Shown here piece by piece: positions 39,184-49,255 of a stretch of DNA of 64,000 nt. Positions within the stretch are counted from its first letter, which is position 1. Each line of letters begins with the position of its first letter. A program made the translations under genes and the position numbers. This DNA is from a virus (lineage: Duplodnaviria > Caudoviricetes). The notes beneath the pieces were generated by a model, which was not told the origin of the DNA, did no database searches, and was given only the letters and a program-made list of their open reading frames with translations. The DNA lies in the IMG/VR virus record IMGVR_UViG_3300031555_002578, one strand, 5' to 3'.

Positions 39184-40186
39184 CCCCTATCATTTTAATT
39201 TCAGTTTTCAAAATTCTTTCTAATATACATTTTCCCATATCAGAAGGAGATACTTTATCTGGATAATTTTTATTTTCATTATCCCAATATCCAATCTCAA
39301 ATTCACTGAACCTAGAATAAGATTTAAGTATATAAATATTTCTCATGATAAAGTCTTTTTCATATCCTACATCATGTAGAAATATAACTTTTGTTGGATT
39401 TAATTCAAGAATCATTTGTGCTTGTTTTGCACTTAATGAGCCACTGCCTAAAGCAACGCAATTTCTAATTCCGTATGTATGAAATTGTAAAACAGACTTT
39501 TCTGCTTCTAGTATGTATACTGTGTTATTTACAAGATATTTATAATTATGAGCATATCCGTACAAAGTTTGGCTACACTGACAGGGAACATGATAATAAT
39601 ATTTCATACCACCATCTTCAACATCATAATTACATCTTGCTTTTATTCCCATTAAATCACCTAGTTGTGTATAAATAGGAATAATGATTGTTTGTGATTC
39701 AATGTCATATCTGATATCAAAATATTTTTGTGTTTCTATCGATATATTGTCTTGTAAGAATTTAGTATTTGCACATTTTTTATAATTATCTAGTATTGAA
39801 TTATCGTATGTATTTATCTGTAAATTTCGTTTCTTTTTAATGCGGTTGTAAAATCCACCAAATATGCCATTGTTTTCATATTGATAATAAAAATTTTCAA
39901 TATTCAAAACTTTTTTAACCATTGCCAATACATCAGAAAAGGATACTTTTCGTTGTTCTATAATGTAACTAAAAATATCCTTTCTAATGTTTCTGGCATA
40001 ATCCGTAACAATTAAATATGGATTATCATGCAATTTGATGACAATACTTTTTTTAGAAGAAACTTCATCTCTACCACATTGAATATAGTTTGGACGAATT
40101 ACAACATTACAATATCCAAATCCTTCAAGGACTTCTTTTAGTTTTTCTGGATTATCCAATAATTGCTTTTTAATTTCTTCTAACAT
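39158..40186 (-). CDS. DNA primase (TOPRIM; SPbeta YorJ-like)
   Basis: IPI...G.L.GIK.R, LYG, EAEKS; position in the replisome cluster. Confidence 0.8.
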   Translation of the reverse strand: MLEEIKKQLLDNPEKLKEVLEGFGYCNVVIRPNYIQCGRDEVSSKKSIVIKLHDNPYLIVTDYARNIRKDIFSYIIEQRKVSFSDVLAMVKKVLNIENFYYQYENNGIFGGFYNRIKKKRNLQINTYDNSILDNYKKCANTKFLQDNISIETQKYFDIRYDIESQTIIIPIYTQLGDLMGIKARCNYDVEDGGMKYYYHVPCQCSQTLYGYAHNYKYLVNNTVYILEAEKSVLQFHTYGIRNCVALGSGSLSAKQAQMILELNPTKVIFLHDVGYEKDFIMRNIYILKSYSRFSEFEIGYWDNENKNYPDKVSPSDMGKCILERILKTEIKMIGDDTDGEEL

Positions 40187-40215
40187 ACTTCCACCAAATT
40201 CCTATTATGTTATCA

Positions 40216-41784
40216 TCAAGTTATTTGTCCATGTCTGGGTCGGCACTGTGCAATTTCTCTGAATACCGCATAGTCCCCAGAGTATTTCAATAGATATGCA
40301 ACACCCGTATCTGTGGAGTTAGCCCCAGACCTTGTTTTATCAAGAAAGAGCATTTTCCATACTGCACTTCTATCTGGCTCATACGGTTCTTCTATCCATT
40401 TATTATTAATTTTCTTTAATTGAAATGGATTGCAGTAATATTTACTTTTAGGGTCAAATTCTTCTGGATATACGTTTCTAATCAAGAAAAGATTCTCCAT
40501 TACCTCTTTTGATTGTTTGGCGTTACTTAGAGTACTAGAATCTAAGAACAATTTACCCATAGTATGAATAGCCAACTGTAAAGATGCCAACATAATAATG
40601 TTATATTTTTTAGCAATAGCATCTAAATCACGGGTATCTTTAATCAATGCAAGGTCAGTTCTTGAATCTCCTGCTGTATTGAAATCAAGTTTTAAAGTGT
40701 CATAAAGAACTGTATCATATCCATGTCTTAATACATTTTCTCTAATTTTCTTTTTAACAACACCCATATTTGCATCAGCAATGGAAATAAATCTCAGTTT
40801 ACCTTTAAATTCTTCTCTCCAATATTCTTGAACAGATTTCATTTGCTCTCTGTCTTCTGTGGTAATATTGCCACTCATAAGTTTCTTTTTAGTGAGATTG
40901 TAGTATCTATTTTTCTTAGCAAGTAACCAAATCAAAAATTTAATTTTGAATTTTTTTACATTTTCTTCGTTTGAAATAATTAATACTTTTCTATCTCTAT
41001 AAAGCAAAGCCATAATAAGAGTGACATACCAAGTAGACTTCCCTGTCCCTGAGTATCCTGCCATAACAGTTAATGTACCATCAAGCAAACCATTGATTTG
41101 TCTTGATAAAAATGGGAAACAGTTGATTTCATTTAATTCATCATCTATTCCACCAACATCAAATGGGACACCATTTTCTAACCCTTCTGCACAATTATCA
41201 AAGAATTCATCGTCAAAATCAATTTCTTCTTCTTCTAAAACTTTGCTTGAATAGCCAGTGCCATATGATGCAATTCTCGCTTCATACCAATCAGTTACTT
41301 GTTCTGCTGACATTTTGCGGAATATTTTGATAGGGATAATTTTTTTATTTTGAATTTCTATTTCCTTTAATAAATTAAAACCATCATCATGTAACTTTAA
41401 AATAATATTTTCTCTATATAAAACATCAGCATAAACATCAAAATTTTGCACATTAATAATATTTATCTGATGTTGAATTGTTTCCCATCCACCACATTCT
41501 TCAAATCTCTCTAAAACTTCTTCATTGCAGTTGGATAAAATGGTAATTTCATCGAGAGAAAAAAAGCCTTTTTTGCGTAAATGTGACATTAATTCATAGT
41601 AAAAACGCCCATCTTTCGTTATAAAGTCATCTTTTGTGAAGTTAGTTTCATCCAAAAGTAACATATCTTTGAAAAAACAACTTACAACATTACCTTCATT
41701 CTCAATTCTGCCTTTCAGAAGTTGTGATGGATATTTTTCTGGAACACCAGAAATAAAAGCACCTTTATTCTTAATCGTCCTCAC
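40216..41784 (-). CDS. DnaB-like replicative helicase (start uncertain)
   Basis: GYSGTGKST, SNEE, YDTLK, SLQL, DKTRSG. Confidence 0.85.
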   Translation of the reverse strand: MRTIKNKGAFISGVPEKYPSQLLKGRIENEGNVVSCFFKDMLLLDETNFTKDDFITKDGRFYYELMSHLRKKGFFSLDEITILSNCNEEVLERFEECGGWETIQHQINIINVQNFDVYADVLYRENIILKLHDDGFNLLKEIEIQNKKIIPIKIFRKMSAEQVTDWYEARIASYGTGYSSKVLEEEEIDFDDEFFDNCAEGLENGVPFDVGGIDDELNEINCFPFLSRQINGLLDGTLTVMAGYSGTGKSTWYVTLIMALLYRDRKVLIISNEENVKKFKIKFLIWLLAKKNRYYNLTKKKLMSGNITTEDREQMKSVQEYWREEFKGKLRFISIADANMGVVKKKIRENVLRHGYDTVLYDTLKLDFNTAGDSRTDLALIKDTRDLDAIAKKYNIIMLASLQLAIHTMGKLFLDSSTLSNAKQSKEVMENLFLIRNVYPEEFDPKSKYYCNPFQLKKINNKWIEEPYEPDRSAVWKMLFLDKTRSGANSTDTGVAYLLKYSGDYAVFREIAQCRPRHGQIT

Positions 41785-42280
41785 CAACTTCCATAGTAAT
41801 ATCTTCAAGTGATACTCTTTGTTTGCGAGGTTTATATTTCATATCTGGCATATCAACCTGTACTTCTTTAGGAATATAATTTGATTGCACAGGCTGATTC
41901 AATTTTTTTGCTTTTTCTAATTTTGTTGCAATAATTTTAAAGAAATATCTGATTTTGCCAAACTTTGTGTCAAAGTCTTTATTTGTCATTATCATAATAA
42001 GTTCTTCAAAATTTTCTGTAACAATATCATTAATTTCTTTCATAGTGTAGAAAGCAAGAAGATTAGTCATTTCTTTATAAAAACGACTGTCTGAAATAGT
42101 TTCACCAAAAATATCATATATTTTTCTGTATGTATCTTCTCTTAACATTTGTTCGTTTTTCTTTTCAAGATATTCTTCTTCAGTACAGTAATACTCATTT
42201 CTGCCACTATTGTTTACAATTTTAAATGCAGTAACTTTGTCTACTTTTTTCCCACAAACCCTACATTTAGGTGCTGACAT
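41771..42280 (-). CDS. Zn-binding helicase loader/initiator-like protein
   Basis: KCRVCG...YYCTEEEY; RBS gaggtga precedes MSAPKC. Confidence 0.55.
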   Translation of the reverse strand: MSAPKCRVCGKKVDKVTAFKIVNNSGRNEYYCTEEEYLEKKNEQMLREDTYRKIYDIFGETISDSRFYKEMTNLLAFYTMKEINDIVTENFEELIMIMTNKDFDTKFGKIRYFFKIIATKLEKAKKLNQPVQSNYIPKEVQVDMPDMKYKPRKQRVSLEDITMEVGEDD

Positions 42281-42305
42281 AATATTCACCTCTTTGTTTG
42301 AAATA

Positions 42306-42326
42306 GGGAGACTATAAAAGTCTCCC
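42306..42326 (-). terminator. terminator after the Sak4-like gene
   Basis: gggagact-ataaa-agtctccc. Confidence 0.65.
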
Positions 42327-42337
42327 ATTTATTTATT

Positions 42338-43513
42338 TTAGTGCATTACATCATAAATACGTTTCAAGCCATCTGTAGGAACATCATTTAGTTTTCCATA
42401 TTCTGCAATAATTGCTTTTACTTGTGCTTTCAGAGATGCATCTTTAAGTGCTTTAAATTCAGTACGAATTACATCTGCTAAGTTATCAGGGTATTCAGAA
42501 TCAATATCAGAATCATCTTCATCTACATCAAAAGGAACTTCATCAGTTTCTTCTTCAATTGTTTCTACGGGTTCATCAATTTCTTCTTCTACTTCTTCAA
42601 AACCTTCATCAATGGGGTCTGGCATTGCTACTGGAATGGGTTTAGCCTTTTTTGCAACGGCAACAGCACCAGTTTTAGACTGTTCCATGCCCTTCTCTAC
42701 TACTTCAACAAATTCTTTACCCATATTAGGTTTATCAAAAATCATATATTCAGGTACAGTACCATCAGCAAATCTACCACCTGCATCAATCAGAGGTGTG
42801 CCACGGAAATAAAGTTTTCTAATAGAATCTTTGACGTAACGTTTCTTTTTATCTCCATCACCTTTTTCTTCGATATCTCTGTCAATTACGCCTGTTAGTG
42901 TAACGTCAAAAATATCACCAAAGGCAGCTTCATAGTCTGCACCCATATTGGATGTTAACTGCATGTAACCATCTTCTTCCAGACCACCTTTTTCTCTAAT
43001 CTGTTTAAATTTGGTATGTGCAATTACCCATACACCAAAACCTGCGTTTTGTAGTTTAGTCATCATAGGCTTAATAATATCGTTTGCAGAGTATTTTTCA
43101 CCTGCTGTATAACCGCCCATTGCACCTTTAATGGATTTTGCTTTTTTATTAGGATTTTCAAGATTGGACTGACGAATTGTTTCTTTATCTGCTAATAGTA
43201 CAAGTTCATCACCAGTATCAAAAGCAACAATTTCAATATCATGTTCTTTGCCTTTTTCTGCAATTAACCAATCAATCAGTTCTACAAGTTCTTTATATGT
43301 AGTAACCTGTGTTACATTCAGATTATCTAACATTTTATAACCAATTTCGTTACCACAACCAATTAGTAGACCACGAGAAGGGTCTTTATATTTTTCAAGA
43401 ATTACATCTCTAAAAAGTGTTGTTTTACCAAACTTTTTTGTACTTCTTAGATAAATAGACAGATTTTTAATATCTGCTTTAATTGTATTAATTACTGGTT
43501 TTTTAAAAGCCAT
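42338..43513 (-). CDS. AAA_24/Sak4-like recombination ATPase
   Basis: KKFGKTT, FDT, IAH; acidic C-terminal linker. Confidence 0.75.
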   Translation of the reverse strand: MAFKKPVINTIKADIKNLSIYLRSTKKFGKTTLFRDVILEKYKDPSRGLLIGCGNEIGYKMLDNLNVTQVTTYKELVELIDWLIAEKGKEHDIEIVAFDTGDELVLLADKETIRQSNLENPNKKAKSIKGAMGGYTAGEKYSANDIIKPMMTKLQNAGFGVWVIAHTKFKQIREKGGLEEDGYMQLTSNMGADYEAAFGDIFDVTLTGVIDRDIEEKGDGDKKKRYVKDSIRKLYFRGTPLIDAGGRFADGTVPEYMIFDKPNMGKEFVEVVEKGMEQSKTGAVAVAKKAKPIPVAMPDPIDEGFEEVEEEIDEPVETIEEETDEVPFDVDEDDSDIDSEYPDNLADVIRTEFKALKDASLKAQVKAIIAEYGKLNDVPTDGLKRIYDVMH

Positions 43514-43540
43514 TTTATATCCTCTCTCCTTTCTCAGATA

Positions 43541-44743
43541 TTACAGGTCATCATCGTCATCTTCAAAGATATCTTCAACTGCTTCATCGGCAACTGATTT
43601 TACAACCATATCATCTGTTGTATATACAGTTTCAGTGCTACCTTTTGTATAGCCACGAGCAGGTTTTTTAAATCTGTACTCTTTCATTCTTTCACCATAT
43701 ACACTGCCAAGTTCTGCTCTAATATCATCCATTGTAATGATTTCCAGTTCTAGGTCTTCTTTTTGTTCATCTGTCAGCATATCTTCTGTAATTTCTGTTT
43801 TCTGAGCACCATTAATCATATCAACGATTGCACCATATTCTCTGAAATTTTCACCAGATACAACAAATTTGTTTTTAATTACTTCTACTTTTTTCTTTGC
43901 TTTTGCATCAGCATCTTCAGGGGCAGAAGGAATTGCAATAGTTACAGGGACAGGGATATTCGCTTTACGGTTATTATCTCTTTCCATCATATAACCATTT
44001 ACATAATATCTGCCTTTTTCTTCTACGGCATCAACTACTGCGTCTTCACCAAATACCATTACAATTGTTGCTTCAGACATTTCTTCTGCATCATCATCGG
44101 CAAGATAAATTCTCTGAGGAACAAAATTTTCATAGAATTTTTCCTTATCATCAGAATAAGAATGTTCAGATTTACCTCTAATTAGGAATTTTTTATTTGT
44201 ATATTTGCCACTATCAATTACTTTTTTAATGAATTCAGCAAAATCCCATGCAGAAATATATTCGTGACGTTTTTTCTTACTTGCTTCAAGTGCTTTTTCT
44301 ACTGTTTCTTTGCTACCATCTTCTAGTTCCAGTTCTGCAATATCCTCATCGGACATATTACCACCATGAGAAACATTATCCAGTGCTTTTTCCAGTTTGT
44401 ATCTTCTATTAGGTTTTTCTAAGTCAATTACAAATTTTCTAAATTCAGCAACTTCTGCAATTTTAGGAGAAGTCAGTCTTTCTTTAAAAGGAATTTGAAT
44501 TGTTTCACCATTTACTTTATTGCCATTATCATCTGTATAAGATTTTGTAAATGTGTAAACATCACCATGACCATCTGCATAAGCACCTGCATCTACTGTT
44601 AAAGAATGTCTATTATCTCCACAGATAGCATTGAATACTAATCTACGTTTTACCCAACCAGAATCATATGTTTGTTCGCTATAAGGTTTAAAATTATCAG
44701 TTTCTTTTGGCATTGATAGTTTGCCAATCATTTCAAAATTCAT
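43541..44743 (-). CDS. putative single-stranded DNA-binding protein (SPbeta YorF-like)
   Basis: OB-like beta-rich N-terminus, acidic tail EDDDDDL, adjacent to the Sak4-like gene. Confidence 0.55.
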   Translation of the reverse strand: MNFEMIGKLSMPKETDNFKPYSEQTYDSGWVKRRLVFNAICGDNRHSLTVDAGAYADGHGDVYTFTKSYTDDNGNKVNGETIQIPFKERLTSPKIAEVAEFRKFVIDLEKPNRRYKLEKALDNVSHGGNMSDEDIAELELEDGSKETVEKALEASKKKRHEYISAWDFAEFIKKVIDSGKYTNKKFLIRGKSEHSYSDDKEKFYENFVPQRIYLADDDAEEMSEATIVMVFGEDAVVDAVEEKGRYYVNGYMMERDNNRKANIPVPVTIAIPSAPEDADAKAKKKVEVIKNKFVVSGENFREYGAIVDMINGAQKTEITEDMLTDEQKEDLELEIITMDDIRAELGSVYGERMKEYRFKKPARGYTKGSTETVYTTDDMVVKSVADEAVEDIFEDDDDDL

Positions 44744-44870
44744 TAAATGTTTTCCTCCTAATAATTAATTCTCATCAGTTAACATATTTAATCAATCTAA
44801 GATTGTTATATAGAATAACTTTATGTAAATATATATAATGAAACCTCCCCAGATTTCACTTTTGCTTTAA

Positions 44871-45701
44871 TTAACATCTTTCACAATTAGCATCACAATA
44901 TTCTTCTCTTGCAATTCTTGCTTTTTCTTCTTGACATTTATCATACATTTTCAGACCTTCACAAACCGCTTTTGCCTGTTCATTTAGTCTTCTCTGTTTT
45001 CTACGTTCAACATAACGAGCATGTTTGCGTTTTTTATTTGCTAGAGCATTTTTCTTAATTTCTTCATCTTTTTCTTTTTTAAGTCTTTCTTTTTCTGCTT
45101 TATTATGTTCTTTAATTGCTTTATCAACAATCTTCACATACATTTTCTTATAAGAAATCTGTTGTGCCATATATTCAATACCTTCCCAAGTATATTCGGT
45201 TTTATATAGATGTTTTGCAATAGCAATAAATAGACATTTTCTTAGGTCAAACACATCGTCTTCATGACATACCATTTTTTCTGTTCCTTCATCGTTGAAA
45301 GTAACTTTTACTACTTTATCTGGTTTAATAATTTCATAACTAACAATTACAGGGTCTATTACTTTTAGCATTTCTTTTTCTTCTCCTTTCTGTTCATCAC
45401 TATTCTCTCTATCATAAGATAATATATAATGCCCATTTTTAAAAACTATTTTGCAATTATTGCCAATTTCATAACCAGTATCAATAAACTGGATGCTGTT
45501 ATCTAAATATGTAAAATCTGAATAATTGTCTCCATATGAAGTAATAGTTGCACTATCATCAAATGAAATAGCACTACTAGCAGAATTCACACATTGTTCT
45601 AATGCACTGGATAAAGATGTGGTTGCATACGAACTTACATCTACAGCATTTTGTAATTCTTTAAAAGAACTACTATGATAACTGTTAACCATTTTCATCA
45701 C
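44871..45701 (-). CDS. hypothetical protein (possible second start MLKVID near 45371)
   Basis: V.V.F.D...K..C...D.FD...G/C...A..K phage motif in the C-terminal half; internal RBS aaaggag. Confidence 0.5.
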   Translation of the reverse strand: MMKMVNSYHSSSFKELQNAVDVSSYATTSLSSALEQCVNSASSAISFDDSATITSYGDNYSDFTYLDNSIQFIDTGYEIGNNCKIVFKNGHYILSYDRENSDEQKGEEKEMLKVIDPVIVSYEIIKPDKVVKVTFNDEGTEKMVCHEDDVFDLRKCLFIAIAKHLYKTEYTWEGIEYMAQQISYKKMYVKIVDKAIKEHNKAEKERLKKEKDEEIKKNALANKKRKHARYVERRKQRRLNEQAKAVCEGLKMYDKCQEEKARIAREEYCDANCERC

Positions 45702-45727
45702 CTATTTTTATTTCTAATTTTTCCAAC

Positions 45728-45764
45728 AATGTATCCCACAAGGAAAGACCCTGTGAGACACATT
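45728..45764 (-). terminator. terminator after the ABC/OmpA operon
   Basis: aatgtatcccaca...tgtgagacacatt imperfect stem. Confidence 0.45.
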
Positions 45765-45802
45765 GCAAACACACTTATTTTTAAAACAATCATGCAATCA
45801 CC

Positions 45803-47338
45803 TTATTCAACAAGTTTAAAGCATACATCTGTTCTTCTATTCATCTGCATATTCGCTTCAGAATCATTAGGTGCAACAGGTTTTGTGCCACCGTTACCAA
45901 CTGTAATAATTCTATCTGCATCAATACCATTAATTACAAAATACTGCTTAACTGTTTCTGCTCTCTGATGAGAAAGTGTAACACCACTTGCATCATCATT
46001 ATCAGAAGCAATATTGCCTTCAATCTGAATAATAGAGCCATCCAGAGTTTTAGCAATTTTAACAAATTCATCCAGTGCTTTAGATGCTTCTGCATTATCA
46101 AGGAATTTTGCTGTATTTGCCACAAAATTAACAGTTGCAGATTTTTTCAGTAGGGCAACAGAATTTTTAATATCCATTTCATTGTCTTCTGTTACTTTTA
46201 CGTTATTATTTTCTTTTTTTACTTCATTAAATTCATATTTATCAGCCAATGCATCTAAATAAGAATCATCAAATAGTGTTTCTACTAAATCAGAGTTTGT
46301 TTTTTCTCCAATGGAATTCCATACTTCACACATATCTGTAAATACAGAAGGTGCTGTTTCATTTAGGATTTCTTTATTTTCATTCCAGTTTGCCATTTCT
46401 GCATCAGCACACATTTCTTTAATATCAGCATCAGACATACCATTGAACATAGGCATTACTTCACGAACTGCATCAGATTCTTTTCCATACAGTTCAATGC
46501 CCTGAATTGTGCCATCAATAAATTTAGTAATTAGTTCAGGATTTTTAGATGCAAAATCTTCTCTAAATAAGATACCATCCATAATCATGTTTTTAGAACT
46601 TGCAGTACTAAACAGTACATGGCAATTAGATGTATTTTGAGCCTGAGTTAGATAAGGTTGCCATGTTGCAGCCACATCAATTTTACCTGCAAAGAATGCT
46701 TTAGCGGCATCATCAGGAGTATCAAAGAAAATTAGATTATCAATAATCTGGTCTTTCTGTTTGTCTGTTAAGTCAGAGTTATTTACAAACCAAACAACCA
46801 GAGAGTGTGCTTCAGAGAATTGAGGAACACCAATCTTAGCATCTACCAAAGATTCTACTGTTTTAAATTTATCTGTTGCGATAATACCATCACCACCACT
46901 AGAATAATTAGTGAAGAAAGGCATTACCACATCTGTACCTGCTTTATCAAATTTTTCAGATAAGAATGCTGTTCTATTAATTGTATAACCTGCACCATCC
47001 AGACTACCTTTAATTAGTGCATTACTGCTCTGGTCAGCATCATTGATAATTTTAATATTTACATCTAAACCTAGATTATCATAAATAGAACCTTCTTGAG
47101 TAGTTAAACCACCGTTGGCTAAAATAATGCTTGACCATCCCACCCATTCGTCTAGTGAAATGTCAATAGTTTCATCATTCTTAGCACTACCAGAAGAAAC
47201 GGGTTTATCTGAATCTCCACCATTCTTAATTACTCCTGTTTTCATTCCTACTGCGATACCGCCACCTGCAATAGCAAGAATCAAAACCAGAATCAAAATT
47301 TTTGCTACTTTTGTTAGTTTAAACCTTTTTGCACTCAT
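45803..47338 (-). CDS. membrane-anchored substrate-binding protein (SsuA/NMT1-THI5-like) fused to an OmpA-like peptidoglycan-binding domain
   Basis: N-terminal TM; W.GW, S.GGDGI, DVAATWQP; C-terminal IEG...LS..RA..V..Y...G.G...P...NRR. Confidence 0.8.
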   Translation of the reverse strand: MSAKRFKLTKVAKILILVLILAIAGGGIAVGMKTGVIKNGGDSDKPVSSGSAKNDETIDISLDEWVGWSSIILANGGLTTQEGSIYDNLGLDVNIKIINDADQSSNALIKGSLDGAGYTINRTAFLSEKFDKAGTDVVMPFFTNYSSGGDGIIATDKFKTVESLVDAKIGVPQFSEAHSLVVWFVNNSDLTDKQKDQIIDNLIFFDTPDDAAKAFFAGKIDVAATWQPYLTQAQNTSNCHVLFSTASSKNMIMDGILFREDFASKNPELITKFIDGTIQGIELYGKESDAVREVMPMFNGMSDADIKEMCADAEMANWNENKEILNETAPSVFTDMCEVWNSIGEKTNSDLVETLFDDSYLDALADKYEFNEVKKENNNVKVTEDNEMDIKNSVALLKKSATVNFVANTAKFLDNAEASKALDEFVKIAKTLDGSIIQIEGNIASDNDDASGVTLSHQRAETVKQYFVINGIDADRIITVGNGGTKPVAPNDSEANMQMNRRTDVCFKLVE

Positions 47339-47361
47339 ATTATCTCTCTCCTTTATTGTGC

Positions 47362-48105
47362 TTATTTATTATATTTACTTTTTAAACTTTCAAGATAATC
47401 ATTGCTACTTGCTTTTCTTGCTTCGACTTCTGCTTTGGAAATTTTAGTGGATGCTCTATTATTGTGAGCAATTCTAGCACCTTCTGTCATAGCGTTGAGG
47501 TCACTATTCTTTTCTCTAACGGCATCAAGCATTTTATCTGTACCAGTAACATTTTTCAAATCATTAATATCATCATAAACATCTTTAGTGATTTGCTGTA
47601 CCTTCATGTTTTCAACAACTTCTTTGCTTTCTCTCTTTAGTTTACGCAGACGTTTTTCACATTCCTGATGTGCTTCTTTGGCTGCTTTTTCTGCATCACT
47701 ATATGCTTTAATAATCTGTGTTTGTCTCTTAATATCAGAGATAATTTCTTCTCTTTCTTCTGCTTTTAACTGAGCATAATCCATTTTATTAGACTTAACC
47801 AAAGATTCACATTCAGATTCCACTTTTTTTAATCTTGCCTGTAGATTATCCATTTCTCTTTTAGCCATAGCCAATTTACCAGACGCTTTCTGTAAAGCAT
47901 CATCTGCTTTATTATAAGATTCTTGTGCTTGGTCAATTTTTTCACTATAAATTGCTTCTGCACCTTCTGGAGTAGTTGCCATATCTTTAATAAAGACACG
48001 AACAATACCTTTAAATAGGCTTCTTGCTTCTGGAAAGATAATAAAGATGCCAACAATTAAAATACATGCTACAATAAAGATGATTGTCTTCAATTCCATA
48101 ATCAT
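47362..48105 (-). CDS. PspA/IM30-like coiled-coil protein with N-terminal TM
   Basis: TPEGA...I..., long helical hairpin, C-terminal L..LK.K. Confidence 0.6.
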   Translation of the reverse strand: MIMELKTIIFIVACILIVGIFIIFPEARSLFKGIVRVFIKDMATTPEGAEAIYSEKIDQAQESYNKADDALQKASGKLAMAKREMDNLQARLKKVESECESLVKSNKMDYAQLKAEEREEIISDIKRQTQIIKAYSDAEKAAKEAHQECEKRLRKLKRESKEVVENMKVQQITKDVYDDINDLKNVTGTDKMLDAVREKNSDLNAMTEGARIAHNNRASTKISKAEVEARKASSNDYLESLKSKYNK

Positions 48106-48632
48106 TCACCTCCGATAATAAAGTCAATCAGTGCTTTAATTCTTTCGCATTCTGCATCAACTTTTTCTCTGCAAACTTTCATATCTGTTTCTGCTTCGGA
48201 GATTACTTTTTCAAGTCTTTCGATTTCCTGTTTGTGTTCCTCAATCTTAATTTTTGTTTCAGCAATTTCTCCTTCACAACTTTCTTTAACTTTATTTGCT
48301 ACTGCTGTTGTAATGCCAATCCTATTTTCACCATCACATACAACCATTTCTGCTGTAAGACCAAAACTAGCCATAATACCTTTTACTGTTGCCTGTTTCG
48401 TTGCAGTAGCCATTTCTTTAGGCAGAGAATTCATAATTTCTTCTACTTTAAAGATAGACTGGGATTTATCTTCAACACCATTTTCTTTATAAATATCTTC
48501 AATTAATGTATCTCTGTTTACTTCTTCTAATTCTGCTTCAATTTCTGGTTCTTCTTCATAATAATAATCTTTTTCATCAAATTCTTTTTCTTCTTCTTCA
48601 ATTAACAAATTCTTTAAAAATCCCATTGCCAT
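48102..48632 (-). CDS. acidic coiled-coil protein
   Basis: MGFLKNLL amphipathic start, SLP.EM, DG..R, C-terminal coiled coil. Confidence 0.6.
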   Translation of the reverse strand: MAMGFLKNLLIEEEEKEFDEKDYYYEEEPEIEAELEEVNRDTLIEDIYKENGVEDKSQSIFKVEEIMNSLPKEMATATKQATVKGIMASFGLTAEMVVCDGENRIGITTAVANKVKESCEGEIAETKIKIEEHKQEIERLEKVISEAETDMKVCREKVDAECERIKALIDFIIGGE

Positions 48633-48643
48633 ATTCTCTCTCC

Positions 48644-49255
48644 TTATAATTCAATAATTACATCACACATTCTTTCTGCTTCTTCCCTAGAGTGTGTTAC
48701 CATAATAATTGTATTTTTAATTTCTTCATGTTGTTTAATAATTAAATCCTGCATTTTCTTTCTAGTATTTGTATCTAATGCAGATAAAGGTTCATCCATT
48801 AGAACTACTTCTGGATTCATAAATAATGTTCTAGCCAACGCAAGTCTTTGTTTTTGTCCACCAGATAATTGTTTTGGATATTTATGTTGATGTTCATTCA
48901 ATCCTACAAGATGCAACATGTGTATTGCGTTTGTAATATCATTTTCATCAATTTTACCTTTGATTTCTTTTGCAATTAAAACATTTCTTAAACAATTAAG
49001 CCAATCAAACGAAGTATAATTCTGATGCATCATATACACATTATTTTTGTTTGCTTTTGTTACAACTTGTCCATCAATTATTACTTGACCTGCTAATGGT
49101 TTCGTTAAACCTGCAATTGTTCTTAATAATGTTGTTTTGCCACAGCCAGAACTACCTAAAATTCCATAAATTTTTGGTTCAAAAATATAATTGAAATCTT
49201 TTAAAAGCGGTTTATCTCTGCTATAACCTGTTTTTAGATTTTTAATTTCTATCAT
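48644..49255 (-). CDS. ABC transporter ATPase (SsuB/TauB-like)
   Basis: GSSGCGKTT, LSGGQ, MDEP.SALD, VTH. Confidence 0.92.
   Translation of the reverse strand: MIEIKNLKTGYSRDKPLLKDFNYIFEPKIYGILGSSGCGKTTLLRTIAGLTKPLAGQVIIDGQVVTKANKNNVYMMHQNYTSFDWLNCLRNVLIAKEIKGKIDENDITNAIHMLHLVGLNEHQHKYPKQLSGGQKQRLALARTLFMNPEVVLMDEPLSALDTNTRKKMQDLIIKQHEEIKNTIIMVTHSREEAERMCDVIIEL

Noticed and set aside
45440-45515. QFIDTGY...KIV segment resembling the start of the tail lectin repeat
   Set aside because: Too short, and the rest of the repeat is absent; probably chance.
35211-46710. GCWGC avoidance (Ala-Ala written as GCC GC or GCG GC at several sites)
   Set aside because: GCAGC/GCTGC do occur (e.g. 5153, 35812, 47681), so any bias is partial and needs counting.
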